In this document: positions 24,570-38,416 of the stretch, one piece after another | Layout of the letters: every line of letters begins with the position of its first letter | Numbering within the stretch: position 1 is the stretch's first letter | Assembly (NCBI GenBank): GCA_011109175.1 | Contig: RDEW01000053.1 | Coordinates: forward strand, 62,001 to 126,000 | DNA length: 64,000 nt | Reading direction: 5' to 3' | From: Dicyema japonicum | Lineage: Eukaryota; Animalia; Dicyemida | Notes under the pieces: model-generated | What the model was told of the DNA's origin: nothing | Seen by the model: only the letters and a program-made list of their open reading frames with translations | Databases searched by the model: none | Program-made: the position numbers and the translations under genes

Positions 24570-24959
24570 ATTACTTCTCTAACTTTACTAATCATCTAAT
24601 AATAACTAATATTTACTTTATTCTACCAACAGTAAAAACGGTAATGTTTAATAATCAACAAACTCCCTCTCCTGGCTGTTCGTCAGCCTCCTCAAGCAGG
24701 TTCGATTCTGGTTGCTGAAACAATTTTGGGAGTGCCTTCTCCAATTTCCGGCCTGTCCAATGCTCCGAAGAGGACATTATGAAGGCTTTTCAAGTTGATC
24801 TTTTCAATAAAATTATTATTTGTAATTCGATCAACGCCTTCACATTTACAGCCCACAATCATCAACAGTATACAAAAAAGGTTGATTGTGCCTAGGTAGT
24901 TAACATATTTTCAAATTATTAAAAATTATAAAGATATGAGTTTTTTAAACTGATCAAAA

Positions 24960-25240
24960 ATCAAAGGGTATCTCGGATCTTTCCCTGATAAAAAAGCTCA
25001 AAGTCATAAAATATCGTGGATTTATGGCTTTTTTCAAAACAAAATGCCCAAATGCGATATTTGTTCATTGCATTTTTCACAAACCCAATTTGGTCGCGAA
25101 GAATTTATCTTTTAACTGCTCTCAACAGATCTTATTTACCATGGTAACCTTATGGCATGCGACAACATCAGAGTTGCTCTCACTAAAGAATCTCAATAAA
25201 CCTTATCCAAGGTCAAAGGTCTCATTAACAATTTTTGAAT
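24960..25240 (+). mobile_element. hAT transposase fragment
   Basis: KTKCPNAIFVHCIFHKPNLV (hAT CxxH motif). Confidence 0.5.
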
Positions 25241-25294
25241 AGCCGCGTGCGCCATGAGGTGCTTCGTGCTAATTGGTTGAAGTTTCTGTTTATT

Positions 25295-25509
25295 CGTCTG
25301 TTCCTCCTCTCTCTTCCTATTAGAATGGCGTCATGTGATCCACTTGTCTAGGTGGCGCTCAGTGCCAGGCCGGCACGAAAACGGATCATTTGGTCTCCCC
25401 ACTCCACTAGAGGGGTTTCCACAACTGCAAGTATGGACGTAATTTACCCTTTATGCTGATTCCGGATGGACTCTGTTTATGTAGAAGTGGAAACTGGATG
25501 CACTTAATT
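25295..25509 (+). repeat. Unclassified ~215-bp structured interspersed repeat, copy 1
   Basis: Colinear with the reverse complement of 62040-62250. Confidence 0.75.
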
Positions 25510-25519
25510 AGTTGTTTAC

Positions 25520-27860
25520 TTTAACTTCTTTCTCGGTGTTAGTTAAGTAACTCCAGCCTCACTAACTTGTAGGAGGTCAGCAGCTATTAAATAGGACGCA
25601 GCAAATGTTGGTCGCTCTCATAGATCGGTCAGTCCCGGCATTGTAGACGAATATTGTGCCAATTCATGATATTCAAAAAGGTGATTTGTTGTCAACACGT
25701 GGAGGTTGCAAAAGGGACAGAGTATATCATATGTTGATAGATATGGGTGGTGCCACATCGTAGACGAGCCAGATTTACACGAACGTCTCTTGGAAGAGAG
25801 GATTCTGATTGGTCTATTGGAGGAGGGGGTCGCTGTAATATTTTATTGTCTCCGAGTCTTCGGATGCTTCTCGTAAAAACAAAATCGTGTATCTGTTTTA
25901 GACGACTCCTGTCATTGGGGATGGAAGGGATGGATGATAACATTCGAGAAGGTCACTGGTTGTCATAATAATTTTCCTTTTGTTTTGCGGTTCGCATAGA
26001 GAGTGGCAGGGATGTTCTAGGCTGTAGGCTTGGTAGAGGAACTGCAGGGCTCTCATTTCCAGATTGTCTCCAACTGGAATAATCTTTGACTCCCAATTTA
26101 GATGATCAACAGGAGTTGTTAAAAAAAGGCACCGCTTTGAGTATGTTGATCTTGCGAGAGGCCTTTGTACATTGTTCCTCCACATGTTTAGAGAAAGTTA
26201 GTAGTTGGTCATCAATAACTCCAAGTATTTTGGGATGTTTCGTAACGGTGAGTGGTTGTCCATGAATTTTTAAAATTTAGTTGGCGTGAATACAGTGACG
26301 GTGGATTTCGATGGAGAGGGGGATAGGTGGTTTGTTCCAAGTTACTCTTCAAGAGTGTTCAAGTGGTTCTGAACATCCTCTGTTGCTTCGTTAACTTCTA
26401 TGTCTTTAGAGGCAATAATCAGGTCATCCGCATACAACAGGAGTAGTGTCTTGGAATTGGTTGGAATCTCGCTTATGTTCAAGTTGAATAAGGTAGGTGA
26501 CAAAAGGGAGCCTTGGGGAACTCCATTTGGAAGGAGTCTGTAGTGAGATAGACATGACATAATTTCAGCTCTACCAATTCTTCCAGAGAGGAAATTTGTT
26601 AGCCAATTCTGAAGACGTGGAGGAATTTGAGATGTAAGAATTTTGTTGCTTAGCACGCGCCTTGATGTTTGATCGAACGCCTTGGTTAGATCAATCGATG
26701 CAAGGATTTCCTTGAGTAGTTGGAACGTGAGCATTTGTTCATATCTATGTGACTCACTTTTGCGTAGTGGTCCATTATGACATCTGCCTGATGAGTGAAA
26801 TCACGTGGTGTTTGATTCTTGTCAATACTGGTGGCGTGGGTTGTCTCCATTCTATTTTGTTTCAACTGAATTCCACGTAAAGTACCCCAAAAATCCTTTA
26901 GTTTTGTTCGATGGTTAATTTTTGTGATGAAATTGTTCCATCAGTCTAATTTCCTCTTGTTGATTAACTCTGTAATTTCACTATTAAGGTTGGATAGTTG
27001 ATTTTTTGAGTTGACGTCTTGTATGAATCTCTTCGATAATTTCCTTAGTGAAATGGGATTATAGTCTGCAATGAGTCCTCTTGAATGTATTTCTTGTCGG
27101 CACTGAGGATGACCTCATTAAAAAATTTCATTGCGACCTCAAGCGATTTGAAATTCTCAACGGAAAAGTCGGATAGAAACTTTTCTGTTTCTTCTCTGAA
27201 TGAATCCCATTTTGCACGTTTGTAATTCTTTATAGTTTTCAGATGCCTAACAATAGGCGAGAGTAGTTCGATAGACAGTAGAATTGGATTATGGTCCGAA
27301 TGTAGGTCTCCAAGATATCGCCGAAGATAGTGATGGAGAACATAATGTGAGGTCAGGAGATGTATTTGAGTGTCCAGGTCTGGAAGCTGTTCGAGTGTGT
27401 GATTTTCTGTCGTTGAGGATAACTAATTGTTCTGATTAAGAGAGGACCTGAAACCTCCTTTCATTACTCTTTTGGTCGATTAGCCAGAGAGGATCTCTTG
27501 CATTTAGGTCTCCGCAGATTATCACATTTTCAATCTTTTGCAATTCGGTTAGATTTGGGGAGTAATTTTTCATATGGGACTTGGTGGCGGAATGAAGTAT
27601 GTTCGATGTGATCGTCATCTTCAAACAGAGCTTGTGTCTGAGCGGAAGTATCGGAGAATGGAATAGAATTGTGTATGAGTATGAGAACAACACCTCCTCT
27701 GTTTAAATTGGGTCGGTCGATCACGGAGTAGTCCTTGTAGTGTGAAAGAACTGACTTTCTTGATAGTTTCGTTTCTTGTAGCATTTTGTGAAAAGTTAGG
27801 AATGCAAAAAGTTCATTTGATTTGTGTGTGAGGCCGTTTATGTAGAATTGCGTGATGTTG
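25520..27860 (-). mobile_element. Decayed Ingi/Vingi-like LINE (APE + RT + C-terminal domain)
   Basis: LQETKL, RGGV, ICGDLNA, SPDLT, SDHNPI (APE); IDLTKAFD, GVPQGSLLSP, YADD (RT); PPPIDQSESSLPRDVRVNLARLRCG. Confidence 0.85.
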
Positions 27861-27947
27861 AGGAGTTTTCGTTCTTATGGGGCCCGGGGTTCTGTTCGAT
27901 GTCCCCAGCAAGGATTAGGAGAGCCAATCCGATCTTTGGGAGCCAAG

Positions 27948-28258
27948 AAATTTTTTTTGAATGCTAGATCTAAAATTAAAAAAAATGAACAATGCCGAAT
28001 TTGTAAATGTTTTTATAATTTTTTTAAAATAAATTTTGAATTTTTTACCGGCTCGTGGGGATGAGTGATACAGTTGTTATGCGAAAATATTCAAAACTGA
28101 ATGACTACGAACTACCACATTCTGAAATGGAGTCAGTTGCCTTCCTTCAGGAGGTTGGAATCTTCCCGAAAGAAAAGAAATGCCTTAAAAGACATTTGAT
28201 GACCTTTTTCCGTCAGCGAATTTTTTTTTAATTTTAGATCTAATATTAAAAAAAATTC
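27948..28258 (+). mobile_element. Internally deleted Merlin-like transposon
   Basis: AT-rich inverted arms (tagatctaaaattaaaaaaaa / ttttttttaattttagatcta) around LPHSEMESVAFLQEVGIFPKEKKCLKRHLM, which resembles a Merlin N-terminus. Confidence 0.5.
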
Positions 28259-29211
28259 ATTAATTCATTTAGAGTCTTATTTCTTGAAGCATGCATTGCA
28301 AAAGTACCCCAATTTTCTCCACGTGAAGGTGAACCACATCGAAAATTCTTTCTCGGTGTATCAGGGGTTAATAATTTAATTAACAATTTTTAATAAAAAA
28401 GTACTAATTAATTATAACATTTTTATTTATAGAAATTATGAGGGGACGATTATTTAAAAGGCAATAATTTTTTCATGGAGAAACACTGGTATAAATGATT
28501 CCTTTAGTCGGCATATTATTCGTCTCAGGATGGACCTGTGCAAGCTTCATAGATAATCACTAATATAATCACTAGACACGGATGGAGAAGACATTTTGGA
28601 TGGGCCGAAGAATGCATGAATGGCAAGTCCAGTTAGTTAAGACTCCACACAGTTTCTTGGATAGTTTAACGTAGTCGATATGGAAAAAGCAACAAATTAG
28701 GAGCAGAAAACCCTCAATTTCCGTCGTTTGAAAAAAAGGTATTTCTTACAATTAACAGTATCGTGGGTCGTTTTGATGAATTTACTGGTAGCATTGGAAG
28801 GATTATCCATAGGAAATACAAAAAAAGGATAGAATAGAGCAAGATAGAATAAAAGAACAAAACAGACATTAGTAGAATAAAAGAACACAAAGTAGGATAG
28901 AATAGAACATGAAGGGGTAAAAGCATAGAATAAAAAGACCTAATAAACAAATCGTTCATTTTTCATTATTTATCTTAATGTATTATAAGAAACCCCCAAG
29001 AGGCATGCGACCAACCCAGAAGTACTGCAATACTGGAGGACGCGCGATATGGCGGAAGAAAGCTTCGCAACAGACATCAAGTTACAAAAATAAACATTAT
29101 ATCTTGCCCTTGTAAGGGCGTCCCAGAAATAAAGGTGAAAAGAACAAATACTACACTTTGATCTTAGCCAAAAGGCCGAGAAGAAAAAAATTTTTAACTT
29201 TAACAACTTTA

Positions 29212-29900
29212 TTAACAAGGAAAATTAAAGGGGGAGTTAGTTGGCCTCATGCCGCAAACGTTTGGAATCTTACCTCTCTTATCGATTATTCTGTGCTGCA
29301 ACATAGGAGTCAATGATGGCATTGCTGCATCTCTTATGGACATTACTAGCAAATTTTCATCTTCATCTAGCTTCTTCGTATAGCCTTTTGTGTAGGGCAA
29401 TCTTGATCGCTGCTCTTCTCGATTTTTCAAGAAGCAAAATAAAACGCTCCTCGTATACAGTGTAATAGCATCCTTCCGGTCCATAAAGGAGTGATGGAAT
29501 GATCGTACGTGAAAAAAAAATAAAAACGTATCCGTTTTGAGTCTCAATTTCCTCATACACGAGATCGCATGGTGGGCTTTATTCCTTTTGAGTTTAAAAT
29601 CGCACAATGTGCTCCCAGATTTCTCAAAAGCTGTTTCGAGATACTTCAGGGAGCTCACAATGTTGATTCCGCATACGGAGCCTTTCTGATTTCCTTTAAA
29701 ATTCCGACCAAAAAACCTCATTGCGCTAGAATTTTCTTCTGACAGTTTTAACCCATGAAGACCAGTCTTTTATCTCTTCCATGCACACATTGAGTGCTAT
29801 GGAGGAGTATCCACATTGTTATGCTAAACCTGTTTTCTCTGAAGATTCTAAAGCCGCTGTCTCTACCACATCAAGATGAGAGTCATAGTTACTCCCCCAT
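29212..29900 (-). mobile_element. Decayed Dong/R4-like RT remnant
   Basis: HAIS, SRRAAI and KYLE fragments in the order seen in the R4/Dong family represented at 62580; heavily deleted. Confidence 0.45.
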
Positions 29901-30499
29901 TTTCCATAGTTGGAAAGAGAACATATTTTTATTACTTCTTTTTTAGCATCAAGTCACTAGTTTAAAATAATTTTTCAGTGTTGTAAGTCACGTGGATATT
30001 TTACAAAACTAATACTTACGAAACGTCGGAAAAGTGACCTACCTCCATTGCATGAATATCTTCACCCCCTCAATATCGGTGGAGACATCAAATATATGAA
30101 GTTTATGTGAATCGATCGATATAGTGTACTCTGGGTTCAAATCAGTGAGGGCCAAATTGGAGAAACTTGGACAACTCTCACGTAAGGAGGCTCAACTACT
30201 AAATCTTCTTCGTATATCAAGAATAGATCGGAGATATTCCTCACAACTAGTGAGATACCAGCAGCGACAGGATCCCTGTAAAGACGTCTCCGTACTTACC
30301 ACGAGAGTTTACAAAAAGATTAGAAACGGTTAAAGCACTGAAAAAGCTTATAACGAAAATTCTCAATTATCATAAATTATCATACAAATGAATAATCTTA
30401 TAATGATCGATTCCTAAGCCCATAAATGAGTCTAAGGGACCGATTAACCACGTAGCATTTTAAATATTATTTTTTAGCAGCCTCTGTTTAAGAAGGAAA

Positions 30500-30620
30500 A
30501 GTTAATTAATCGAGGAATGAGGCCATCCTGTTCCGCAGTGATGACTCATCGAAACTTCTACTGGAATGGACTGCTGCAAAGTTCGAACCCATCGGGTTTT
30601 ACCCATCCAGGCACGTGACA
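30500..30620 (-). mobile_element. Diverged SINE fragment
   Basis: Minus strand gggttcgaac...gatgagt..cactgcggaacaggatg..cattcct shares the family core. Confidence 0.45.
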
Positions 30621-30771
30621 TTTTATGCTTAAATTTAGTAAATAACTATTTCTGAAATTCCAGAATATATGAATGAAAGATACATAAAATAAATACTTTT
30701 TTTCTTTAAATGAAATATTAATTATTTTAATTAAATATTTCCACTAATTTATTCTCTGTGGTGCAACCTAA

Positions 30772-31086
30772 ATGGAGCAATTTATAGATCAAGAAGGCAA
30801 AGGAGTTACATTTCCACTTGAGAAAATGGAGAGGGATCCTCGGTTTCCGAACGTTAACCAGACGCAGTATTTGTTTACTAACAATCCAGTCGCTGTAACC
30901 ACAACTACAACATGTACTACAGGTGCCTTAATAAGGTAAGTGAAGAGGACCAATCAAAATGCGACTACTATAAGTGGATCTTCAAAAGAATCTGTCCGAC
31001 ATTATTTGTATGCTTAATATTAATCACAGACTGATGTGTGGGATGACCAGCGTAGTAGAAATGTCTACATTTACAAGTTAGACTAA
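30772..31086 (+). CDS. COX6B: Cytochrome c oxidase subunit 6B (3 exons; absent from the ORF track)
   Basis: Introns 30867-30889 and 31008-31029. Spliced ...DPRFPNVNQTHRCNHNYNMYYRCLNK...KCDYYKWIFKRICP...WDDQR...; CX9C-CX10C motif. Confidence 0.92.
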
Positions 31087-32539
31087 CAAACTAACCAAAT
31101 TAACAACTCTCACCAAATTATTCGTTCTCGTTAGTAAATTTAATAATTCCTTAATAATAAGTCGTATGTTACCCATGTCCTCATTAATATCATCTATACA
31201 CTGAATGTTCATTTTCGTTAAGTCTCTGTCGTGTTTCGGTCGTTGTGTGTCTTATTTTGATAGAGAAACGTGGAATTAGGGTGACTGTCGCCAATGTTTT
31301 TTTCAATTAGGTTTCCGTTGAATTTTTTTAGTTTATATATTGACGCAGTGTGTTCTGTGGCTAATTAGTGGGTGTTAAGTACCTCAGATGCATGGAAAGT
31401 CCTGTGAAAGGCCTTATGACAAACTCAGGATGTCGGAAATCCGATGAGTTGAATTAGGATGCTTCGGATGTGGCAGTGTTTCCCTTAGTTTTGTCTGGGA
31501 AACAATGGACTGTCGCGAGTAGTATTGCTGCTGAACCTTGTTTAGCTTTTTTTTAATGCCTCGCGTCACACGTGACAGAGATTGATCGCTTACGGATCCC
31601 ATATTAGGGCGTTATATGACTTTAAACATTATCTTAGCTTATAACATTGGATACAAGGTCAGATCTTCTGTGTAGGATAGGAGACGAGTTTGGTGGACCA
31701 TTATTCCTTAGGATAAATCCTTAGCTTAGTTAGTCGAGTGGTATGGAAGGAAGGTCGAGGCGGTGACTGTTCCATTGTCTACATTGCTTCTAGTCCGATG
31801 AATGGCCGTATCTTTTTTTCTGAGCCTTGGAATATGGATACAAGAAAACCAAAATTCTTAACTACGGAAATGTCAAGTACACGAAGTTAACGATAGCAGT
31901 CAAATACCATCATGTGTGTACTGCATATCCTCGGTTAATGAGATTCACGATCACTATAAAGATTCACATAAAACTCGACGGCAAAGTCGAAGTTTGAGGG
32001 AAATCTTATTCGAACCCCGACCATGAAAGTTGCTGTTATTATGTACGTCACTTAGTTTCTTCCCAATTCAGATGACGGATCTTTAAAGACATTTAGTCTA
32101 GCTTAGCCATTTAGATAATTTGTATCTCTACATTTAATCTTCTGATAGCCTGAATGCCCGAATGTCGACAAAATTCTTGTGCCTCTTAGTCGGAATCTCG
32201 CTGCTGTTAATTCCTGTTGATGATGTATACTCTTCTCGTAAGACACTTCCTGGCTGTGTACTGTTGGGAGTTGCACTGCATGCACAGGGCAGCAAACTCT
32301 TCCCATTTTGTCGGATAAGGTTTTCAAGTGATGAGGGGAGTAGTTTCTTTAGTTTTCCGAGATTACTAATAGTGGTGGTTGTCAAGGACTGAATGTCGCC
32401 CATTTTTTGTTTGTTCGTCCAGAACAAATTGATTCCACGTGATGACAAGCATAGCATACAGATGCTCAATAAATTGTTATTACAATAATTTCAATCCTGA
32501 GAAAGGGGTCTTAATGTCACCAAAAATAGATTTTATCCT

Positions 32540-34450
32540 TAGCTTTCTTGAGCGGATTCCGGAAATGATTTTGACATGAGAGAAAAAAGACTTTGTGTGT
32601 CGAAGGTGATCTCCAAGATTTCAGATTCTTCGTGAAAGATATTTTAGCCTGGTTGATAAATATATCCCAAGAACCTACCTTTCTGGGTAAAAGAGGACGA
32701 CCTCTTGGACTACCTCCAGGAGATGGCTCCCTCAACTACAAAAGTTACCCGAATATCCAAAGGATCACAGCCCATGCCAATGGTGAAGGCCTCGATTAAT
32801 AGTAAATCGAAGGCCACATCGCTAATACGTTGTGGCTTCTACATTGGAACGAACAAGATCTCCTGTGAATGGATGAGGAGGTCCCCTCCTATCTGCTACA
32901 ATTGTGAACGAATTGGTCATATCGCCGCGCATTGCAAGGAGAAGAAGAGATGCCTCAAGTGTGGAAGGGAACACGACCTTTCGTGTGTGAATTTTCTCCA
33001 GACGTGAAGACAAATTGTATTAATTGTGGAGGACTATGGCATAATGCCCGTTACAGAGAATGTCTTGCTATGAAGGAGGCAACCAAAAAATGATCCCATA
33101 AAGACAGAGTCAAGAAAGGAAGCAGTCAAGACAACACAAGAGATGAAGAGGACCAGTATATCACATATTCAGGATGGGCCGGTGGAGCAGAGTGCTACAC
33201 GGGAACTTAAGCAGAGCAAGGCAGAAGTTTCCGAGACGTTATCTCGGGAGTCAAGTGAAATAATCGTACGTCTGGGCAAGCTGTGTACAGTGCTGAAAGT
33301 GGATTTACGGAATTTGGTGGACCTGACTGTGGAAAGCGCAGGCCACTACAAAAACTATGAAAAAGTATTTAAAAATAGTGTTGGTGAATGCCTGCTCCTT
33401 GGTGAAAAAGCATGATGAACTAAGCTACTTGCGAAGAATGCCAAGGTTGATGTCTTGGTAGTCAACGAGACGAAAATTAAACACGGAAGATATTATAGTA
33501 TGGAAGGATATGACTGGTGGACATCTCGTGGAAAGTAGTGGCTGGGACTTCGATCTTTTTCCTTACCAATAGGGTTTTCGTCTGGGAAGATCATGTGGAA
33601 ATTGTATGTACTCACTAAATTACGAATTTACAAATGAATTTAAGAAGAAAGTCAGTTAAGCCTTGTTTGTCTTGACATCTCGAAGGCGTTCGACAGTGCA
33701 TGGCACGAAGCTTACGATCAAAGATATCAAACAAATGTTCCTATGGTTGAAAAACTATTTGACTGGGAGGATATCTTATGTGGTAGTCGGTGGAAGATAT
33801 TCTGATGGTACATCGTTTAAGAGGGGAGTGCCACGGGATCTATTTTAAGCCCCCTGTTATTCAACTTATTTATGGAAGATTTTCCGTCACCGCTAGACGT
33901 CAGGACAACTATTTGAACATTTTAATCTTGGATTCGTCTTTGAGGGCATATTTTTTCAGAGCGGCGATTATGAGCTTTTGTCGACAAAGTCCAGGATTGG
34001 TGTGATCGGAGAGCCTGAGATTTTTTACGGAAAAGTCCAGTTTTTTACGGATAAGCAAGCTGAGTAGGCATCACGAAGAGCCATACGAGAGTTTCGTCTC
34101 TGAAATACCTTGGAATTGTAGTTGATGGGAAAGGATCATATCTAAAGGACATCGAAGAGCGGAGAAAGAAGGCTGTGCAAGCATTGTTCTGCACTAGAAG
34201 CCTAAAGTTGGATGGTTATATCATGGTTTTTGTTTTTCGGAATGTGATTCTTCAAAGACTTATTTATAAAAGCGAGGATGGTTTTACAGCCCTCGAGGGA
34301 GAGATCCTCGCTTGACTTGAAAAACAAGGCAGCGGCGATCAAACTATCACTTGGAAAGAAATTATACGAAGGCCTGACTGAGGAAGAGAACAAACTTGTC
34401 AGACCAGTCATGGAAGATATTGAAATTAGGATGTGTAACTTCCAAGACCA
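32540..34450 (+). mobile_element. Decayed I-group LINE (ORF1 zinc knuckles + ORF2 remnants)
   Basis: CYNCERIGHIAAHC, CLKCGREH, CINCGG; then NACSL, DVLVVNET, CLDISKAFDSAWH, GVP.GSILSPLLFN. Confidence 0.8.
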
Positions 34451-34559
34451 GTAGAAGGGTGATTAGCAAAAAAAGAGGGGTACCGGGATGAACAGTCTAG
34501 ACCGGTTGGCGGACTGATAGTCCTATTCAGTAACTTGTTAAATTGTTGTTAATTGTTAA

Positions 34560-35560
34560 TTAATTATCCACTGTCATTTTCCAGGGTATTTTTGTACTCT
34601 TTCTGATTCCTTTAGGATATTTTGTTCGAAGGGATCGGACTAAAGGTCATCAGCGTATGATAGGAAGAAATCGTTTGTTATCGGGTTGGTAAATCGGACA
34701 TATCAAGTTGATAAGAGGAACCTTGTGGGACACCATTGGCTAATAATCTTGAAACGGATTTGGTCCCATCCATGTATACCCGGTTTTTTTCCATTTGATG
34801 AAGTTATCAAGAAAGAGTTTTATATTGGGGTCGAAGAGAGGCCAAACAAGTTTCTGAGTAGGATTTTCATGGAGACAGAGTCGAAGGCTTTTTGTAAATC
34901 GATCAAGTAAACGACGGTTTGAGGTGGCGAGGAATAGTGCTAAAGTCTTCAAGGATAAATTCGTTTGAAGGCAGTAAGGTGTGTAGAGTTGAATAACCCC
35001 TCCTGAATCCATTTTTGTGAGGATGAAAAAGGAAGGGACTGGGTTACAACGTTAAGAATCAGTTTTCCAATAATTTTGATAAAATGCATAGTAAAGAGAT
35101 TGGTCGAAATGAGGCAGAATTGACTTTAAGCTTCCCAGGCTTAAGGAATGGCGTATATAGGACAGTTTCCAGATATTTCGTACTCCCATCGTTTGTTAGT
35201 GATTTTAGTTTTTGCTGAGATGTCAATAAATCGAATGATGAGGAGACCCCAACCAAAACTGAGCGGGCGTTCAAGAGGGTGCACAGTGGTATCCTGAAAA
35301 TGTGGGGTAGGCAAGTTTGAGTAAGTCTGATTTCTTAGGTAAATTCAGGTCAATGTTCAGTTTGTTTATGAAAGACCGCGATTCATGGAATTTTTTGATT
35401 CCAAAATTGAGAGGTGGGGTCCATGGATTAAGTTTATTTCATCGGCAAGAATATTGAATCCCATTCAGTGAGAGCGCGGACTGAGAAGGGGAAGAGGACG
35501 TCGTCCAAAGAACTTTTCACACCTGGTAGACCACGTTTAAAACCGACCGAAGAAAAAAAG
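34560..35560 (-). mobile_element. Decayed LINE RT remnant
   Basis: KPGK...SFRPISLLCILSKLLE and PQGSS-type motifs. Confidence 0.6.
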
Positions 35561-36010
35561 ATACGCTTGAAATCAGTCTTCATGGTGACATTATTCCAAT
35601 GAAAACATATCCAAGAATATTGGAGTGACCCTGGATCCTTTGCTCTCTTTCTCCTATCATGTGAAGGACGTTCTGGCAAGGGGCCTCTCTGGAAACTCAA
35701 CGTCATCAAAAAATTTCTAAACTCAAGGATCCAGTCATCACAATAATGTGCTGCCGTCTTAACAACCAGCTTTTAAAGTCGACGGTGGGAATATGCCTGT
35801 GCCTCCTGAGCTTACGGAATTTCAAACATCTACAAGATAAATTCTTTATGATTAAAAATGCTCCACATAACCAATTTCTCTCCTCATCTATTCCCCCATT
35901 ACTCGACAATCCGAAACAATTGTTTCGGCTTCATCATTCTCTGCGGCTCCGAATCCGATCGCTTCTACCAATTAACGATATAAGTCGAGAAAAAACACGT
36001 ATTTTTGACA

Positions 36011-36320
36011 GCCTTTTCAAAAATACGAGAGCCATAATATTTATAGCTCCGCATAGGCAGGACACTCACTTTATTTAAGTAAAGAACAGTTAATTTTAAC
36101 TAATCGTAGAATAAAGGAATGATTCACTTCTCTTTTCTTGTGTGTTGGTCTTTTCTAGACAATCCAGTTCCGCAGTGAGTATCCACTGATGACGGCATCA
36201 CTCGTCAATCCCTTTTAGCATCGTAGATGCGTGAAACCTTCCACCAAAGTGAACAGCAGCGAGAATAGAACCGTAACCTATGCCACTTTAGCTCGACACC
36301 TAACCACTATGCCACCTGGC
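36011..36320 (-). mobile_element. tRNA-derived SINE
   Basis: Reverse complement of the 43347 copy, including the A box ggtggcatagtgg. Confidence 0.85.
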
Positions 36321-38416
36321 TACATTGGGAAAAAATCCACGCCTCTACAAATTCTCTTGAAAGAGGATCGTCATGGGTTCAGAAAAACTGTGGTACTATG
36401 GAGGAGTACAGTAAAACAATTCTCGATACTGTTGGGGTCTACCGGGATCACTTAAACAGATATTTTTACTCCTCGTGTTTCCTTTTCGGGGTTCGATAAT
36501 AATAGTGATGAGGGTAACCTCGTGTTCTTATTCTTTATCCCCTTAGACTCATTTCTCTTCAGATAGTGTCAATGTAGTGGCGTACCTCCAGCGCACAAAA
36601 TGTTAGTTCATTACAGATGAATGGCCTCATCTTCCTTTTTCACGTGACTGGGGACATCAGAGACCGGAAGTTTTAACTAAGGAAATGCCGGATGTACGAA
36701 GGATCCAGCCTCTCACTTAACCAACAAGGATTTCTCTGGCCTGTCGTCTCAAGCATCAAGTACCCCGAATAAGCGACTCAGCTCAAACTCTGCCCAAATC
36801 AAATGGATAAACCTACATTGAAAAAACTGCACCAATAAAGTGATTTCATAAAATTATTAAGATTAAGCAAATAATAAACACCCAAGGGCCTCGTGGGAAA
36901 CGTTGGTTCATGTAAATGATCAATAGTAACTTCTAAGCGTGTTAAATATGATTTAGGGATTTCAGCTGACTCTCATAGATTATCTAAAACGGTCATAAGG
37001 GGGATTCCTACTGTAATCCATTGATACTCGAATCAAGTAAATTAGCGGCAATGCCCCTGTCTCTTGTCAGCTGGTGCCTGATTAATTCCCTTTGTCTAAC
37101 AATTATGATTTTCCAACTGAAAAGGGTGACGTACTTCCATTGCTCGGAATGTCTACTTATTATTGAAAGCCTTTTTTTTCTTCCCTTCTGACCAGATTAC
37201 GCAAACCAGAAGTTTTGTACAAAGGAAGTGCCGGATTGGCGTATGATGAGTTGGAATCTCGAATATCTAATAATTGAAAGATCTTGTAGGATCTCCTGTC
37301 AGAGGTATACAGATGATAGTTAATACAATTTAGACAGCGACATTCCAAGGACGGCAGCTATCCCAGTGTGCTCTGAAAATCATCGTCTCTTCCGTGGTCT
37401 CCATCTTTTCTAGTTTCTGCAGAGCGGATTTACCGATTATTTCAACAGAGGTCCAAAAGGAGATTGGGATAATCACAGGCAATCAAGATGAGTGGTAGCT
37501 TGTAGAGACTGTGACATACTATCTTAGGAAATTATGGGAGTCTGGATTTTACCACCAATTCCGTGAAGTTAATCTATCCTGTTTTTATTTGTCGAGAATT
37601 TAACAGAGTTTGACTATTTGGGCATAAAATCCCATTTCAAAGATTTGGTGGATGACGACTCTACGTAAAATTAATCAATCGGTCCCCTGTATAATTGACT
37701 TCACGGAGATCAACTATAGAAGCTGCTGGGTTTTTTACATCATGACTTTAGGGGTGGAGCCATTTTTGAGATAATAAATTTTCCAACTCGAACACTGTTA
37801 TTGTTGTTATGGCAACCATAAGGGTCTCAAATTTACAAAAATAAAAATTTTATAAAAAATAGTAAACTTTCTGTTTCCGTAGAGTCTTCGATTTGTTGCA
37901 AGTTGCGCAAACCAACGTTAGCCTTGGCTAACAATGATTCTCGACAGGATATTGTGTCTGAAGTGTTTGTACGAGCAAAAATACTTTTAAAGAAGTTGAT
38001 ATCAAAAAACTTCTCCCCCAGCTTAACGGATTCATGATGAGATGGAGACAATGTTGCATCAAGTGTTTAACGACGTGGGAGACTTTTTCGAACAGAGGAC
38101 GAGAATTAGAAATATATTTAGGATTTTTGTAGTTTTTGGAAGATCCCCAACAAGATTCGGATCCTACGTGCATCTGACACTTCCTTTGACCAGAACGGCA
38201 GGTTTTCGATGTTTCCCGTCTCTATCGCAAGAAGGAAGACGAGAGCTTTTACCTATCACGAAGTGAGATGGACATAACCTCAGTACGACACAACCTCAAT
38301 TAACCACTGGCAACTAGTCTATGCTGCTTAAATCACAACAAAGTGAAAATTCCCAAATTTAGCATTTCCCGTAAGCAAATATGCTTTAAAATGGTAGACT
38401 GGTTTTGTCGCTTAAA

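Noticed and set aside
26788-26815. Hammerhead core ctgatga-gtga-aa-tcac
   Set aside because: Followed by GTGG rather than GAAA, and it lies antisense inside a decayed LINE.
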